From the IMG/VR virus record IMGVR_UViG_3300022516_000001: a DNA stretch of 64,000 bases; one strand, written 5' to 3'. The DNA is from an uncultured virus (IMG/VR IMGVR_UViG_3300022516_000001). Lineage: Duplodnaviria > Heunggongvirae > Uroviricota > Caudoviricetes. A program made the translations under genes and the position numbers. The notes under the pieces are model-generated. The model was not told where the DNA came from. It made no database searches and worked only from the letters and a program-made list of their open reading frames with translations. This document shows positions 50,203 to 58,710 of this stretch, piece by piece. How positions within the stretch are numbered: the first letter of the stretch is position 1; each line of letters begins with the position of its first letter.

Positions 50203-50583
50203 ATGTTAAGAAAATTCGAATGTACATATGTTTCTCCAAATTCTGGAACAGAAGTTAAAGTAAATATCGAACAAGACTTTTCTGAAGGACATGATTTGAA
50301 GTCTCAAATAAAAACATTTTTTTTAACAAGAATTGCTCCATTAAATACCTTGATATCTTTTCGTGAAATAAAAACATTATATACTATAATTTCTAAGGAA
50401 ATAGGACAATGGAAAATTGAAGAAGCTGATGTTCAAATAAAAAGAATGCAAAATCAAATTCCGGGGTCTGTATGGGAAAAAGATTATTCTGAATTTATGA
50501 ATGTTATGGATGAATCAGATGATGAAATAGTCAATCCATGTCCTTTAATGTTTGGTTATTGTTGGGTTGTAAGAATAAAGTAA
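50203..50583 (+). CDS. hypothetical protein
   Basis: ORF. Confidence 0.6.
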   Translation: MLRKFECTYVSPNSGTEVKVNIEQDFSEGHDLKSQIKTFFLTRIAPLNTLISFREIKTLYTIISKEIGQWKIEEADVQIKRMQNQIPGSVWEKDYSEFMNVMDESDDEIVNPCPLMFGYCWVVRIK

Positions 50584-50602
50584 AACATAATAATTAATCA
50601 TA

Positions 50603-51760
50603 ATGAATTCAATATCAATTTGTTTAGGATTTTTGTTTGGAGATGAAGGCAAGGGTGCATTTGTAAATTATCTTTGTAGTAAATCCAATAATCCATTAGT
50701 TATAAGATTCAATGGCGGGCATCAATGCGGACATACAGTAGTTATTGATGATAAAAGACATGTATTCTCAAATTTTGGTTCGGGTACACTATTAGGCGCA
50801 CCAACATATTGGTCAGAATATTGTACTGTAAATCCTGTGGGAATACTAAAAGAAGGCAATGCATTGAGAAAAATGGAAATTCATCCTCAATTATTTATTA
50901 ATGCAAATGCAATGATAACAACACCTTTTGATATTTTGAAAAATATTAAACTTGATAGTCTTAATCTTCATGGTACTGTTGGCGTTGGTTTTGGTACAAC
51001 AATTAAAAGAAATGAAGATTTTTTTCATTTATATGCCAGAGATTTACAATATCCAAAAATTCGTGATATTAAACTCAAACTTTTACAAGAAAAATATTAT
51101 GAATATATTAGTCTTGCCAATTCCAAAACTCAAAAAATAATTGATGATTTTAAATTAGCATGTGATGACCTTGTAAGTAGATTTGATATTGTAAATACAA
51201 TATATGATATATACTTACTTGGTTCATCAATACCTACTGATTATTTTGACTTAATTTTTGAAGGTGGTCAAGGCATCATGCTTGATATGGATTATGGATT
51301 TTTTCCACATGTTACACGAAGCAATACAACAAGCAAAAATGCAATTGAAATCATAAACAAACTTGGAATTACAATTAATGAAAGAAATGTCGATACATAC
51401 TATATAACACGTGCATATCAGACTCGTCATGGAAATGGTCCGATGACAAATGAAGGCATGGACATTAGTTATATTAAGGATAATCCATTAGAAACCAACG
51501 TAAATGATGGATGGCAAGGTGTATTCAGAAAATCAATACTTGATATTGGATTATTAAGATATGCATTTGATTGTGACAATTATAATAATCCAAAATCTCG
51601 AAAAAATGTTGTAGTTACTTGTCTTGACCAAGTTCCAGATAAAGTTCCAGTTACTGGTATTGGTGGTGGTAAATTAATTACTGTAGATGCAACAGCAATT
51701 GGTTCATGCATTGGTATTCCCAAACAATTTTCAAGTTATTCTGATAAAGGTATTGATTAA
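50603..51760 (+). CDS. divergent adenylosuccinate synthetase (PurA)-like protein
   Basis: FGDEGKG, RFNGGHQCGHTV, FEGGQGIMLD..YG.FPHVTRS, TRHGNGP, TCLD. Confidence 0.8.
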   Translation: MNSISICLGFLFGDEGKGAFVNYLCSKSNNPLVIRFNGGHQCGHTVVIDDKRHVFSNFGSGTLLGAPTYWSEYCTVNPVGILKEGNALRKMEIHPQLFINANAMITTPFDILKNIKLDSLNLHGTVGVGFGTTIKRNEDFFHLYARDLQYPKIRDIKLKLLQEKYYEYISLANSKTQKIIDDFKLACDDLVSRFDIVNTIYDIYLLGSSIPTDYFDLIFEGGQGIMLDMDYGFFPHVTRSNTTSKNAIEIINKLGITINERNVDTYYITRAYQTRHGNGPMTNEGMDISYIKDNPLETNVNDGWQGVFRKSILDIGLLRYAFDCDNYNNPKSRKNVVVTCLDQVPDKVPVTGIGGGKLITVDATAIGSCIGIPKQFSSYSDKGID

Positions 51761-51803
51761 TTCGAATTTATTTTATATATTTGGCAATAATTTAAAATAA
51801 AAA

Positions 51804-52115
51804 ATGTCACCACATTCAACATACTTAGGACATGGTTCTTATGGTACTCCAAATAGTGAACTATTAAAAGAAATTTGTGATGCTGGTTTTAAACCAATAG
51901 GTATTACTATATTAATGTGTGAAGAAACATTTATTTTTAAAAATAAATTTGAAGCAGTTGCTGCAGCAGAAAAATTCTTACCAGAAGGTTGGTGGTATGG
52001 AATCGATGAATGGATAGAAACTCGCAAAGAATATGTGAAAGATATGTATCATGATGATGAAGACCTTGCACCTATAGTATATTGGCTTGATAAAAATTAT
52101 GCACCTAAAAAATAA
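51804..52115 (+). CDS. hypothetical protein
   Basis: ORF with TATATTTG box upstream. Confidence 0.6.
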   Translation: MSPHSTYLGHGSYGTPNSELLKEICDAGFKPIGITILMCEETFIFKNKFEAVAAAEKFLPEGWWYGIDEWIETRKEYVKDMYHDDEDLAPIVYWLDKNYAPKK

Positions 52116-52120
52116 AAATA

Positions 52121-52873
52121 ATGAAATTTCTTATTCAAAAATGTAACGGAAATGTTACTCACGATTTCTCATTTACTCTACTTGAATCAATTAGATTCAA
52201 GAATTGGTTACTTCATTTAGAAAAAGATAATATTAAAGTCAAATTTCTTAATACTGATTGTAATGTAGAAACTATTGACCCTTCAATATTTAAACCAATG
52301 CATTTTACATATGTACCCATAGGTAGTGTAGAATTTGTAACAGCATTTTTGCAACATTTTTACAATCTTACTCCAAAGCCAATAAATGTTCCAGAAGAAT
52401 TATTTTGTTATACAGAAAGAATTATTTTTAATGGTAATCAATCATCATTAGATGGTTTTGACGGTGAATATTTTGTTAAAAGTAATGACAAAATAAAAGG
52501 ATATTCAGCTATTATTAATACAAATAAAGAATTTAAACCATTACCTGAAGGTAATTATCAAATTTCTAAATATATTAATATTGATAGTGAATGGCGTGCT
52601 TTTGTATATCAAAATAAATTAGTTGGGTTGCAAAATTATTGTGGTGAATTTACTAAATTTCCTAATATAAATAAAATTAGAAGTATGATTAAGAAATATA
52701 AATCAGCACCAATTGCATATACATTGGATGTTGGTGTTAATGATAAAGATGGTACTTTCATAATCGAAATTCACACATTCTTCTCCTGCGGACTTTATGG
52801 TTTTGTAAACCATGCCATATTACCAAATATGTTTTATCAATGTTTTCAAGAATATATTCAAAAAGAAAAATGA
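52121..52873 (+). CDS. ATP-grasp domain protein (DUF4343-like)
   Basis: PIGSVEFV, FVKS, SEWRAFV, YTLDVG, IIE...SCGLYG. Confidence 0.7.
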   Translation: MKFLIQKCNGNVTHDFSFTLLESIRFKNWLLHLEKDNIKVKFLNTDCNVETIDPSIFKPMHFTYVPIGSVEFVTAFLQHFYNLTPKPINVPEELFCYTERIIFNGNQSSLDGFDGEYFVKSNDKIKGYSAIINTNKEFKPLPEGNYQISKYINIDSEWRAFVYQNKLVGLQNYCGEFTKFPNINKIRSMIKKYKSAPIAYTLDVGVNDKDGTFIIEIHTFFSCGLYGFVNHAILPNMFYQCFQEYIQKEK

Positions 52874-52904
52874 AATTTAAATATATTAAATAAAAATTTT
52901 AACA

Positions 52905-54032
52905 ATGAAAGAATTTCCAAAATTATTTAAAAAAACCAGTACTGGTGCTATTCAAGAATGGCAAGTTAGTGTTAATGAAATTGAAAATATACCTACAATT
53001 ATAAGTAATTATGGTCAAGTTGGTGGTAAAATTCAAGAAAGCAAAGAACAAGTAATTAGAGGTAAAAATATTGGCAGGTCAAATGAAACTACTCCAATAC
53101 AACAAGCTGAAACTCAAGCTAAATCTGATTGGGAAAAACAATTAAAAAAAGGTTACGTTCAAAATATTGAAGATGCACAAGCAGGTAAAACTGATGATAT
53201 TATTGAAGGTGGTATTGCTCCAATGCTTGCACATAAATTCAGTGAACAAGGACATAAAATAAAATATTCTGCACTTTGTCAACCTAAATTGGACGGGTGT
53301 AGAGCAACTTCGCAATATGATGATGGTGCTGTAACTCTTTGGTCAAGAACCAGAAAACAAATAACAAGTATGCCACATATTATTAAAATACTTGAAAAAT
53401 GTGGACTTAGTGATAGATTTGATGGCGAACTTTATAATCATCAATATCATAATAGATTTGAAGAATTAACTTCATTTATCAGGCAAGAAAAACCAAAAGA
53501 AGGTTGTGAAATTGTTCAATATCATATTTATGACATTGCACTTCCCAATCTATCTAATGGTGAACGTAATACTCTTTTACAATCACTTAAGCCATTTTTT
53601 GAAAATACTGCAGTTCATATTGTTGAAACAATAGTAGTTAATAATGAAGATGAACTTATGGAAGCATTTGAACATTTCCTTGCAGAAGGTTATGAAGGTT
53701 GTATGGTAAGAAATATGGATGGATTATATGTAAATAAACGTTCATATGATTTACAAAAGGTGAAAGAATTTCAAGATTCTGAATATAAAGTAGTTGATGT
53801 TAAGGTTGGAAATAAAGGTAGAATGGCAGGAAAAGCAGTATTTGTTTGTGAAACTGAAAATGGTACTCAATTTGCAGCAAAAATGATTGGTAATATGGAT
53901 AATTTAATTAAATATGCTGAAAATCCAGAATTAATTGTTGGAAAAATGCTTACAGTTAAATATCAAGGATTGACTACAAAAAATAATGTACCAAGATTTC
54001 CAGTAGCAATGCGTATTAGAGAAGACATTTAA
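52905..54032 (+). CDS. ATP-dependent DNA ligase
   Basis: PMLA, QPKLDGCR, DGELY, YEGCMVR, LQKVK, PRFP. Confidence 0.9.
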   Translation: MKEFPKLFKKTSTGAIQEWQVSVNEIENIPTIISNYGQVGGKIQESKEQVIRGKNIGRSNETTPIQQAETQAKSDWEKQLKKGYVQNIEDAQAGKTDDIIEGGIAPMLAHKFSEQGHKIKYSALCQPKLDGCRATSQYDDGAVTLWSRTRKQITSMPHIIKILEKCGLSDRFDGELYNHQYHNRFEELTSFIRQEKPKEGCEIVQYHIYDIALPNLSNGERNTLLQSLKPFFENTAVHIVETIVVNNEDELMEAFEHFLAEGYEGCMVRNMDGLYVNKRSYDLQKVKEFQDSEYKVVDVKVGNKGRMAGKAVFVCETENGTQFAAKMIGNMDNLIKYAENPELIVGKMLTVKYQGLTTKNNVPRFPVAMRIREDI

Positions 54033-54033
54033 T

Positions 54034-54324
54034 ATGATAATGAAAGGCAAGTATAAATTAATATATACTACAAATAAACACGAAGAAAATTTATTGGTTG
54101 AAGTTGAATTAATACCAAATGAATTTCCATTAAAACAGTTTCAAAATGTTTATCGAGGCATTGCTTATATAAACGGTGCAATATATAATGGAATTGATAT
54201 TTCTCATTCTGTAAACGCTAAATTTGCTGCAGAAGAAATTGGATTAAAATTAAGAGAAGAATTAAAGAAAAAATTACGACAAGAAGGTAAAACTTTTAGA
54301 CAAAAAGGGGAAGAAATAAAATGA
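54034..54324 (+). CDS. hypothetical protein
   Basis: ORF. Confidence 0.6.
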   Translation: MIMKGKYKLIYTTNKHEENLLVEVELIPNEFPLKQFQNVYRGIAYINGAIYNGIDISHSVNAKFAAEEIGLKLREELKKKLRQEGKTFRQKGEEIK

Positions 54325-54647
54325 TAACAAAAGAATTTAAAGAACAATTATTAAAAGAAATAATTCTTTGTAAAGAATTAAATGAACTTACACTTGAAAT
54401 TAAAGATATGTTTTTTGAAATAATTAATCAAGAAATTGAAAAAAGATATTCAATAATGATTGAAATCAATAAGATTCTTTGTGAAACTAATGCATATGAT
54501 GCATGTTGTAAACATGTATTAAATTTTAATCCAGATAGAAGTGATAATGTTTATGCATATATTGTAACAATAATTAGAAGTTCTTTTGCAAATACAATAA
54601 TGCCAATTTTAAGAAAAAGAGGTAAAACTAAAATAATTTCAATATGA
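54321..54647 (+). CDS. short T4 gp55-like late sigma factor homolog
   Basis: NFNPDRSDNVYAYIVTIIRSSF resembles the gp55-family NFDPEKS.NPFAYFTQI motif. Confidence 0.55.
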   Translation: MITKEFKEQLLKEIILCKELNELTLEIKDMFFEIINQEIEKRYSIMIEINKILCETNAYDACCKHVLNFNPDRSDNVYAYIVTIIRSSFANTIMPILRKRGKTKIISI

Positions 54648-55042
54648 AAATCAAAGCACTTAGAACTAAAAAAGAACCAAAAGAATTTGTTGAAATCAGC
54701 AATATTGGTGGTATAAATATGATATTTACATGTATACTTCCAGTTCTAATGAATATTACAGCAACAATGGATTTATTAAAAAAATATTATGAAGAACACT
54801 CACCACTTCCAAAAGAAATTAACTTAGATGATTATGAATTAATAAAATATGATTTAATTGAAGCGGGTGTTATTTGTGCTGATATTAGAAACAAACTTAG
54901 TCCACTAAATAATTTGGTGAATATGCTTAAATTATATTTTAAAGAAGAAGATAAAGAAAAAAAAGATATAATAGAAACATACATTAAAAAAGAAATTGAA
55001 CAAAGTGAAATTTCTATTAAATATTTGTCTGAATTATTGTAA
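54644..55042 (+). CDS. hypothetical protein
   Basis: ORF. Confidence 0.6.
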   Translation: MKIKALRTKKEPKEFVEISNIGGINMIFTCILPVLMNITATMDLLKKYYEEHSPLPKEINLDDYELIKYDLIEAGVICADIRNKLSPLNNLVNMLKLYFKEEDKEKKDIIETYIKKEIEQSEISIKYLSELL

Positions 55043-55065
55043 CAATTTTGTATCTTTGCTCGTAT
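55038..55065 (+). promoter_or_regulatory. ECF-type promoter TGTAAC-N17-CGTAT
   Basis: Upstream of 55111 and the RNA locus; overlaps a TATCTTTG box. Confidence 0.55.
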
Positions 55066-55110
55066 TATTTATTTTAAAATTAAAATTTTTATTAATTTAA
55101 AACAAAAATT

Positions 55111-55686
55111 ATGAAAAAAAATTTATTTATTGGAATTGGAGTATGTGCAATATTCGCATTATTCGCCTTTCTCTGGGTGGTTAGTGTAAGTAACTCAGAA
55201 ATACGCACTCACCAAACAGGTGATGCACAGCAAAAAGTATGTGCTGCATTCTTTGATAAAATGTGGAAAATTATTCATCAGGATGCACAAGTTGCTGACC
55301 AGTATAAAGATGCATTTGCAAAAATTTATCCTGACCTTATTGCAGGTCGTTATTCAAAAAATGATGGTTCATTAATGAAATGGATAACAGAAAGTAATCC
55401 AAATTTTGATACAAAATTGTATGATAAATTGATGGCAGCTATTGAAGGTGAACGAAATGGTTTCTTTGTTGAACAGGAAAAACTTATTGATATTGACCGT
55501 CAACATAAAACTATGTGCCAGACATTTCCAAACAGTATTGTTATTGGTAGTCGTCATAATATAGGTTATTTAGCAGATGCTAATGGTAAAGTTCTTAAAG
55601 AAGGTATTACAATAATTACTTCCGAAGTGACTGAAAATGCATATAAATCCGGTAAAGAAGATAATGTTGATTTATTTAAAAAGTAA
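55111..55686 (+). CDS. membrane-anchored helical protein (LemA-like topology)
   Basis: N-terminal TM segment followed by a helical domain ending TFPNS. Confidence 0.5.
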   Translation: MKKNLFIGIGVCAIFALFAFLWVVSVSNSEIRTHQTGDAQQKVCAAFFDKMWKIIHQDAQVADQYKDAFAKIYPDLIAGRYSKNDGSLMKWITESNPNFDTKLYDKLMAAIEGERNGFFVEQEKLIDIDRQHKTMCQTFPNSIVIGSRHNIGYLADANGKVLKEGITIITSEVTENAYKSGKEDNVDLFKK

Positions 55687-55710
55687 ATATTTGTGGGAGC
55701 AATCCCATAA

Positions 55711-55816
55711 GCGTAGATAGTCTCAATTGGTAAGGCACATATACAAATGTATGGTCTCGGCAAAAGTGCACTTGAATTAATTGCCCATAGTATGAGTTCG
55801 AATCTCATTCTGCGCT
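55711..55816 (+). ncRNA. tRNA-like RNA with a non-canonical anticodon arm and a long extra arm
   Basis: GCGTAGA/TCTGCGC acceptor stem; GTCT-CAATTGGTA-AGGC D arm; ATGAG-TTCGAAT-CTCAT T arm; 106 nt; no encoded CCA. Confidence 0.7.
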
Positions 55817-55963
55817 CGAAGACGAGTTGGAATTAGGCAAAGCCAATGGATGGGTGGAATAATATGCCTCTGGAAAAAATAAAAACGTTCTCCACATAAA
55901 GGAAAGTTATCGACTAAACCTAACTTTGCCAGTAGATAAATGAACTGGTTTTAAATAAAAATT

Positions 55964-57007
55964 ATGAGAAAATTAGCAACAATACAAAAAATATTATCCA
56001 TCAATCCAATTCCAGATGCTGATGCAATTGAAGTTGCACAAGTATTGGGTTGGAAAGTAGTTGTAAAGAAAGATGAATTTCATGTAGGAGAATTATGTGT
56101 TTATTGTGAAATAGATTCATTATTATCTGAACGTTCAGAATTTGAATTTTTAAGAAAAGACAAATTTCGTATTAGAACCTGTAAATTTCGTGGACAGATT
56201 TCGCAGGGCATTTGTTTTCCATTGGATATTCTTCCTATTGAACTTCAATGGCATATTAATGAATTGGATAAATCGGAACTTATATTACATGAAAATGCTA
56301 TTAGTCCTATAGGTCTTGATGTTACTGAAGAACTTGGTATCACTAAATATGAAGCACCAATTCCTGCTGAACTTGCAGGTGATGCAAAGGGTGGATTTCC
56401 TTCATTTATGATAATAACTGATGAAGACCGTATTCAAATACTTCCGCATATACCAATAGAATATGTTGGTCAGATGTTTATAACGACAGAAAAACTTGAT
56501 GGTAGCAGTGGTTCGTTTTATTGGAAAAATGGTGAATTTGGTGTTTGTAGTAGAAATTATGAATTTTATGAAAGTTCAACTAATTCATTTTGGAAATTCG
56601 CAAGACAAAATTATCTTGAAAAAAAACTTGGTGAACTTGGAAGAAATCTTGGATTACAAGGTGAAATTATTGGTGAAGGTATTCAAAAGAATAGATATAA
56701 GTTAAAGGGTCAAACAATTAAATTTTTTCGTATGTTTGATATTGACAAATATGAATTCTTACCTTATGAAGAAATGGTTGATATTATAGTTAATCAATTT
56801 AAGTTAGAAACCGTTCCCATATTGGATTGGAATTATGTACTTCCAAATAGTGTTGATGAAATACTTGCTTATGCACAAAATAAAAGTGTATTAAATCCTT
56901 TAATTGAAAGAGAAGGAGTAGTATTTGTAAAGCATGAACTTAAAAATCAGGGTAGACTTAGCTTTAAAGCAATTTCAAATAAGTTTTTAATTGATAATAA
57001 AGAATAA
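55964..57007 (+). CDS. RNA ligase, Rnl2/DRB0094-like family
   Basis: MRKLATIQ...IPDADAIE N-terminal domain; TEKLDGSS, QGEIIG, REGVV, FKAISNKF. Confidence 0.85.
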   Translation: MRKLATIQKILSINPIPDADAIEVAQVLGWKVVVKKDEFHVGELCVYCEIDSLLSERSEFEFLRKDKFRIRTCKFRGQISQGICFPLDILPIELQWHINELDKSELILHENAISPIGLDVTEELGITKYEAPIPAELAGDAKGGFPSFMIITDEDRIQILPHIPIEYVGQMFITTEKLDGSSGSFYWKNGEFGVCSRNYEFYESSTNSFWKFARQNYLEKKLGELGRNLGLQGEIIGEGIQKNRYKLKGQTIKFFRMFDIDKYEFLPYEEMVDIIVNQFKLETVPILDWNYVLPNSVDEILAYAQNKSVLNPLIEREGVVFVKHELKNQGRLSFKAISNKFLIDNKE

Positions 57008-57019
57008 ATATTAAAACAA

Positions 57020-57838
57020 ATGAGACAAATTAAAGACATGTGGATTATCCAAATTGATGTTACAAATTTATGCAACAAATCTTGTTGTAATTGTACCAGA
57101 TTTTGTGGACATTACACAAAAGAAAGAATATATTTTATGGATTTAAAATATATTGAAGATATTTTAATTACCTTAAAAGATTTTCAAGGCACTGTTGGTA
57201 TTATGGGTGGTGAACCACTATTACATCCACAATTTCCACAAATATTAGAACTTTTTAAAAAATATAGAGCATATGATAAAAGAGGTTTATGGACAAATAA
57301 TAAGGATTGTATGAAATATGCTGGTAATTATTTTATAACAAATAATATTATTATTAATGAACATACTGGTGATTTTATATCAAAACATACACCATTATTA
57401 ACATCATCAGAATCAATAAAAAATAAATATAATATAAGTCAAGATACAATTAATAAATGTATTGACAAATGTTGGATTCAAAATGAATGGTCAGCAACAA
57501 TAAATCCTAAAGGTGCATTCTTTTGTGAAGTTGCTGGCATGTTATCATATTTATTCAATGGTGTTGACGGTATTAATATTTATGACCATCCAGATTGGTG
57601 GAAATATGATTTAAGTAAATATCAATATCAAATTGATTGGGCATGTAAAAAATGCGGTGGTGCATTACCATTAAAATCAAAAAAATCTGATATACAAATT
57701 GATGATGTATCTGAAGATAATTTAGAAGAATTAAAAAAAATTGATTCGCCTAAAATAAAAGCTAATAAATACAGAATATATGATGATGGCTTTCATCAAG
57801 ATGATGAAAAAAGAGACTATTTGTGGAATTGGAAATAA
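57020..57838 (+). CDS. radical SAM protein
   Basis: CNKSCCNC (CxxxCxxC), MGGEPLLHP, extra C-terminal cysteines. Confidence 0.85.
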   Translation: MRQIKDMWIIQIDVTNLCNKSCCNCTRFCGHYTKERIYFMDLKYIEDILITLKDFQGTVGIMGGEPLLHPQFPQILELFKKYRAYDKRGLWTNNKDCMKYAGNYFITNNIIINEHTGDFISKHTPLLTSSESIKNKYNISQDTINKCIDKCWIQNEWSATINPKGAFFCEVAGMLSYLFNGVDGINIYDHPDWWKYDLSKYQYQIDWACKKCGGALPLKSKKSDIQIDDVSEDNLEELKKIDSPKIKANKYRIYDDGFHQDDEKRDYLWNWK

Positions 57839-57848
57839 AATAAAAATA

Positions 57849-58685
57849 ATGAAAGACGCACTTGGTGATAGAATGAAAAAATATTATGAGGATAGAACTC
57901 GTATAAGTCTTCCTCGTAGAACCTATACTATAATTCGTATTGATGGTCGATGTTTTTCACAATTTTGTCGTGGATTAATAAGACCTTTTGATGATGGTTT
58001 AATTTATGATATGGATGAAACCGCTTGTTATCTTTGTAAAAATATACAAGGTGCTAAATTTGCATTTGTACAGTCAGATGAAATTAGTATATTATTGACT
58101 GATTTTGATGATATTGCTACAGATGCTTGGTTTGATGGTAATATACAGAAAATGACAAGTGTTGCTGCAAGTATGGCAACAAATGCATTTAACATGGCAA
58201 GATTAAAAAGATACGTTACTGAAAATGCTTGCCCTGATACTTCATACTTTCCTACTTCACTGCAAAACGGTGCGGTATTTAGTGAAATACTAATTAAAGG
58301 AATTAAGTTTGCTGAATTTGATGCTCGTGTATTTACAATTCCTTCAAAAACTGAAGTTGCTAACATGATAGTTTGGCGACAAAAAGATTGTGTAAGAAAT
58401 AGTATTTCAAGTGTTGCCCAAAGTCTTTACAGTCACAAAGAACTGGAAAATAAAAGTTCAAACGAACAACAAGAAATGATATTTCAAAAGGGTATTAATT
58501 GGAATGACTATGCACCTAAGTTAAAAAGAGGTAGACTTATTATTAAACAGGAATTTGAAATTGAACCTGATAGAGATAAATTGAATAGTGCAGTAGCAAT
58601 TCGTAGTCGTTGGGTAAGTACTGAATGTCCAATTTTTACTCAAGATATGGAATTTTTATATAATTTAATTCCAGATATGGAATAA
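57849..58685 (+). CDS. tRNA(His) guanylyltransferase Thg1-like protein
   Basis: LGDRMKKYYE, IRIDGRCF, QSDEIS, FDAR, WRQKD. Confidence 0.9.
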   Translation: MKDALGDRMKKYYEDRTRISLPRRTYTIIRIDGRCFSQFCRGLIRPFDDGLIYDMDETACYLCKNIQGAKFAFVQSDEISILLTDFDDIATDAWFDGNIQKMTSVAASMATNAFNMARLKRYVTENACPDTSYFPTSLQNGAVFSEILIKGIKFAEFDARVFTIPSKTEVANMIVWRQKDCVRNSISSVAQSLYSHKELENKSSNEQQEMIFQKGINWNDYAPKLKRGRLIIKQEFEIEPDRDKLNSAVAIRSRWVSTECPIFTQDMEFLYNLIPDME

Positions 58686-58710
58686 CTATTAATAATTAAA
58701 ACATAAAATC

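Noticed and set aside
50603..51760. PurZ / diaminopurine (Z) genome
   Set aside because: The Asp of GDEGKG is retained (Ser in PurZ), and no clear dATPase or MazZ partner is adjacent
55711..55816. Functional tRNA-Leu(CAA) or an ochre suppressor explaining the SbcC stop
   Set aside because: No 7-nt anticodon loop with U33, no TTA anticodon, and the discriminator is T
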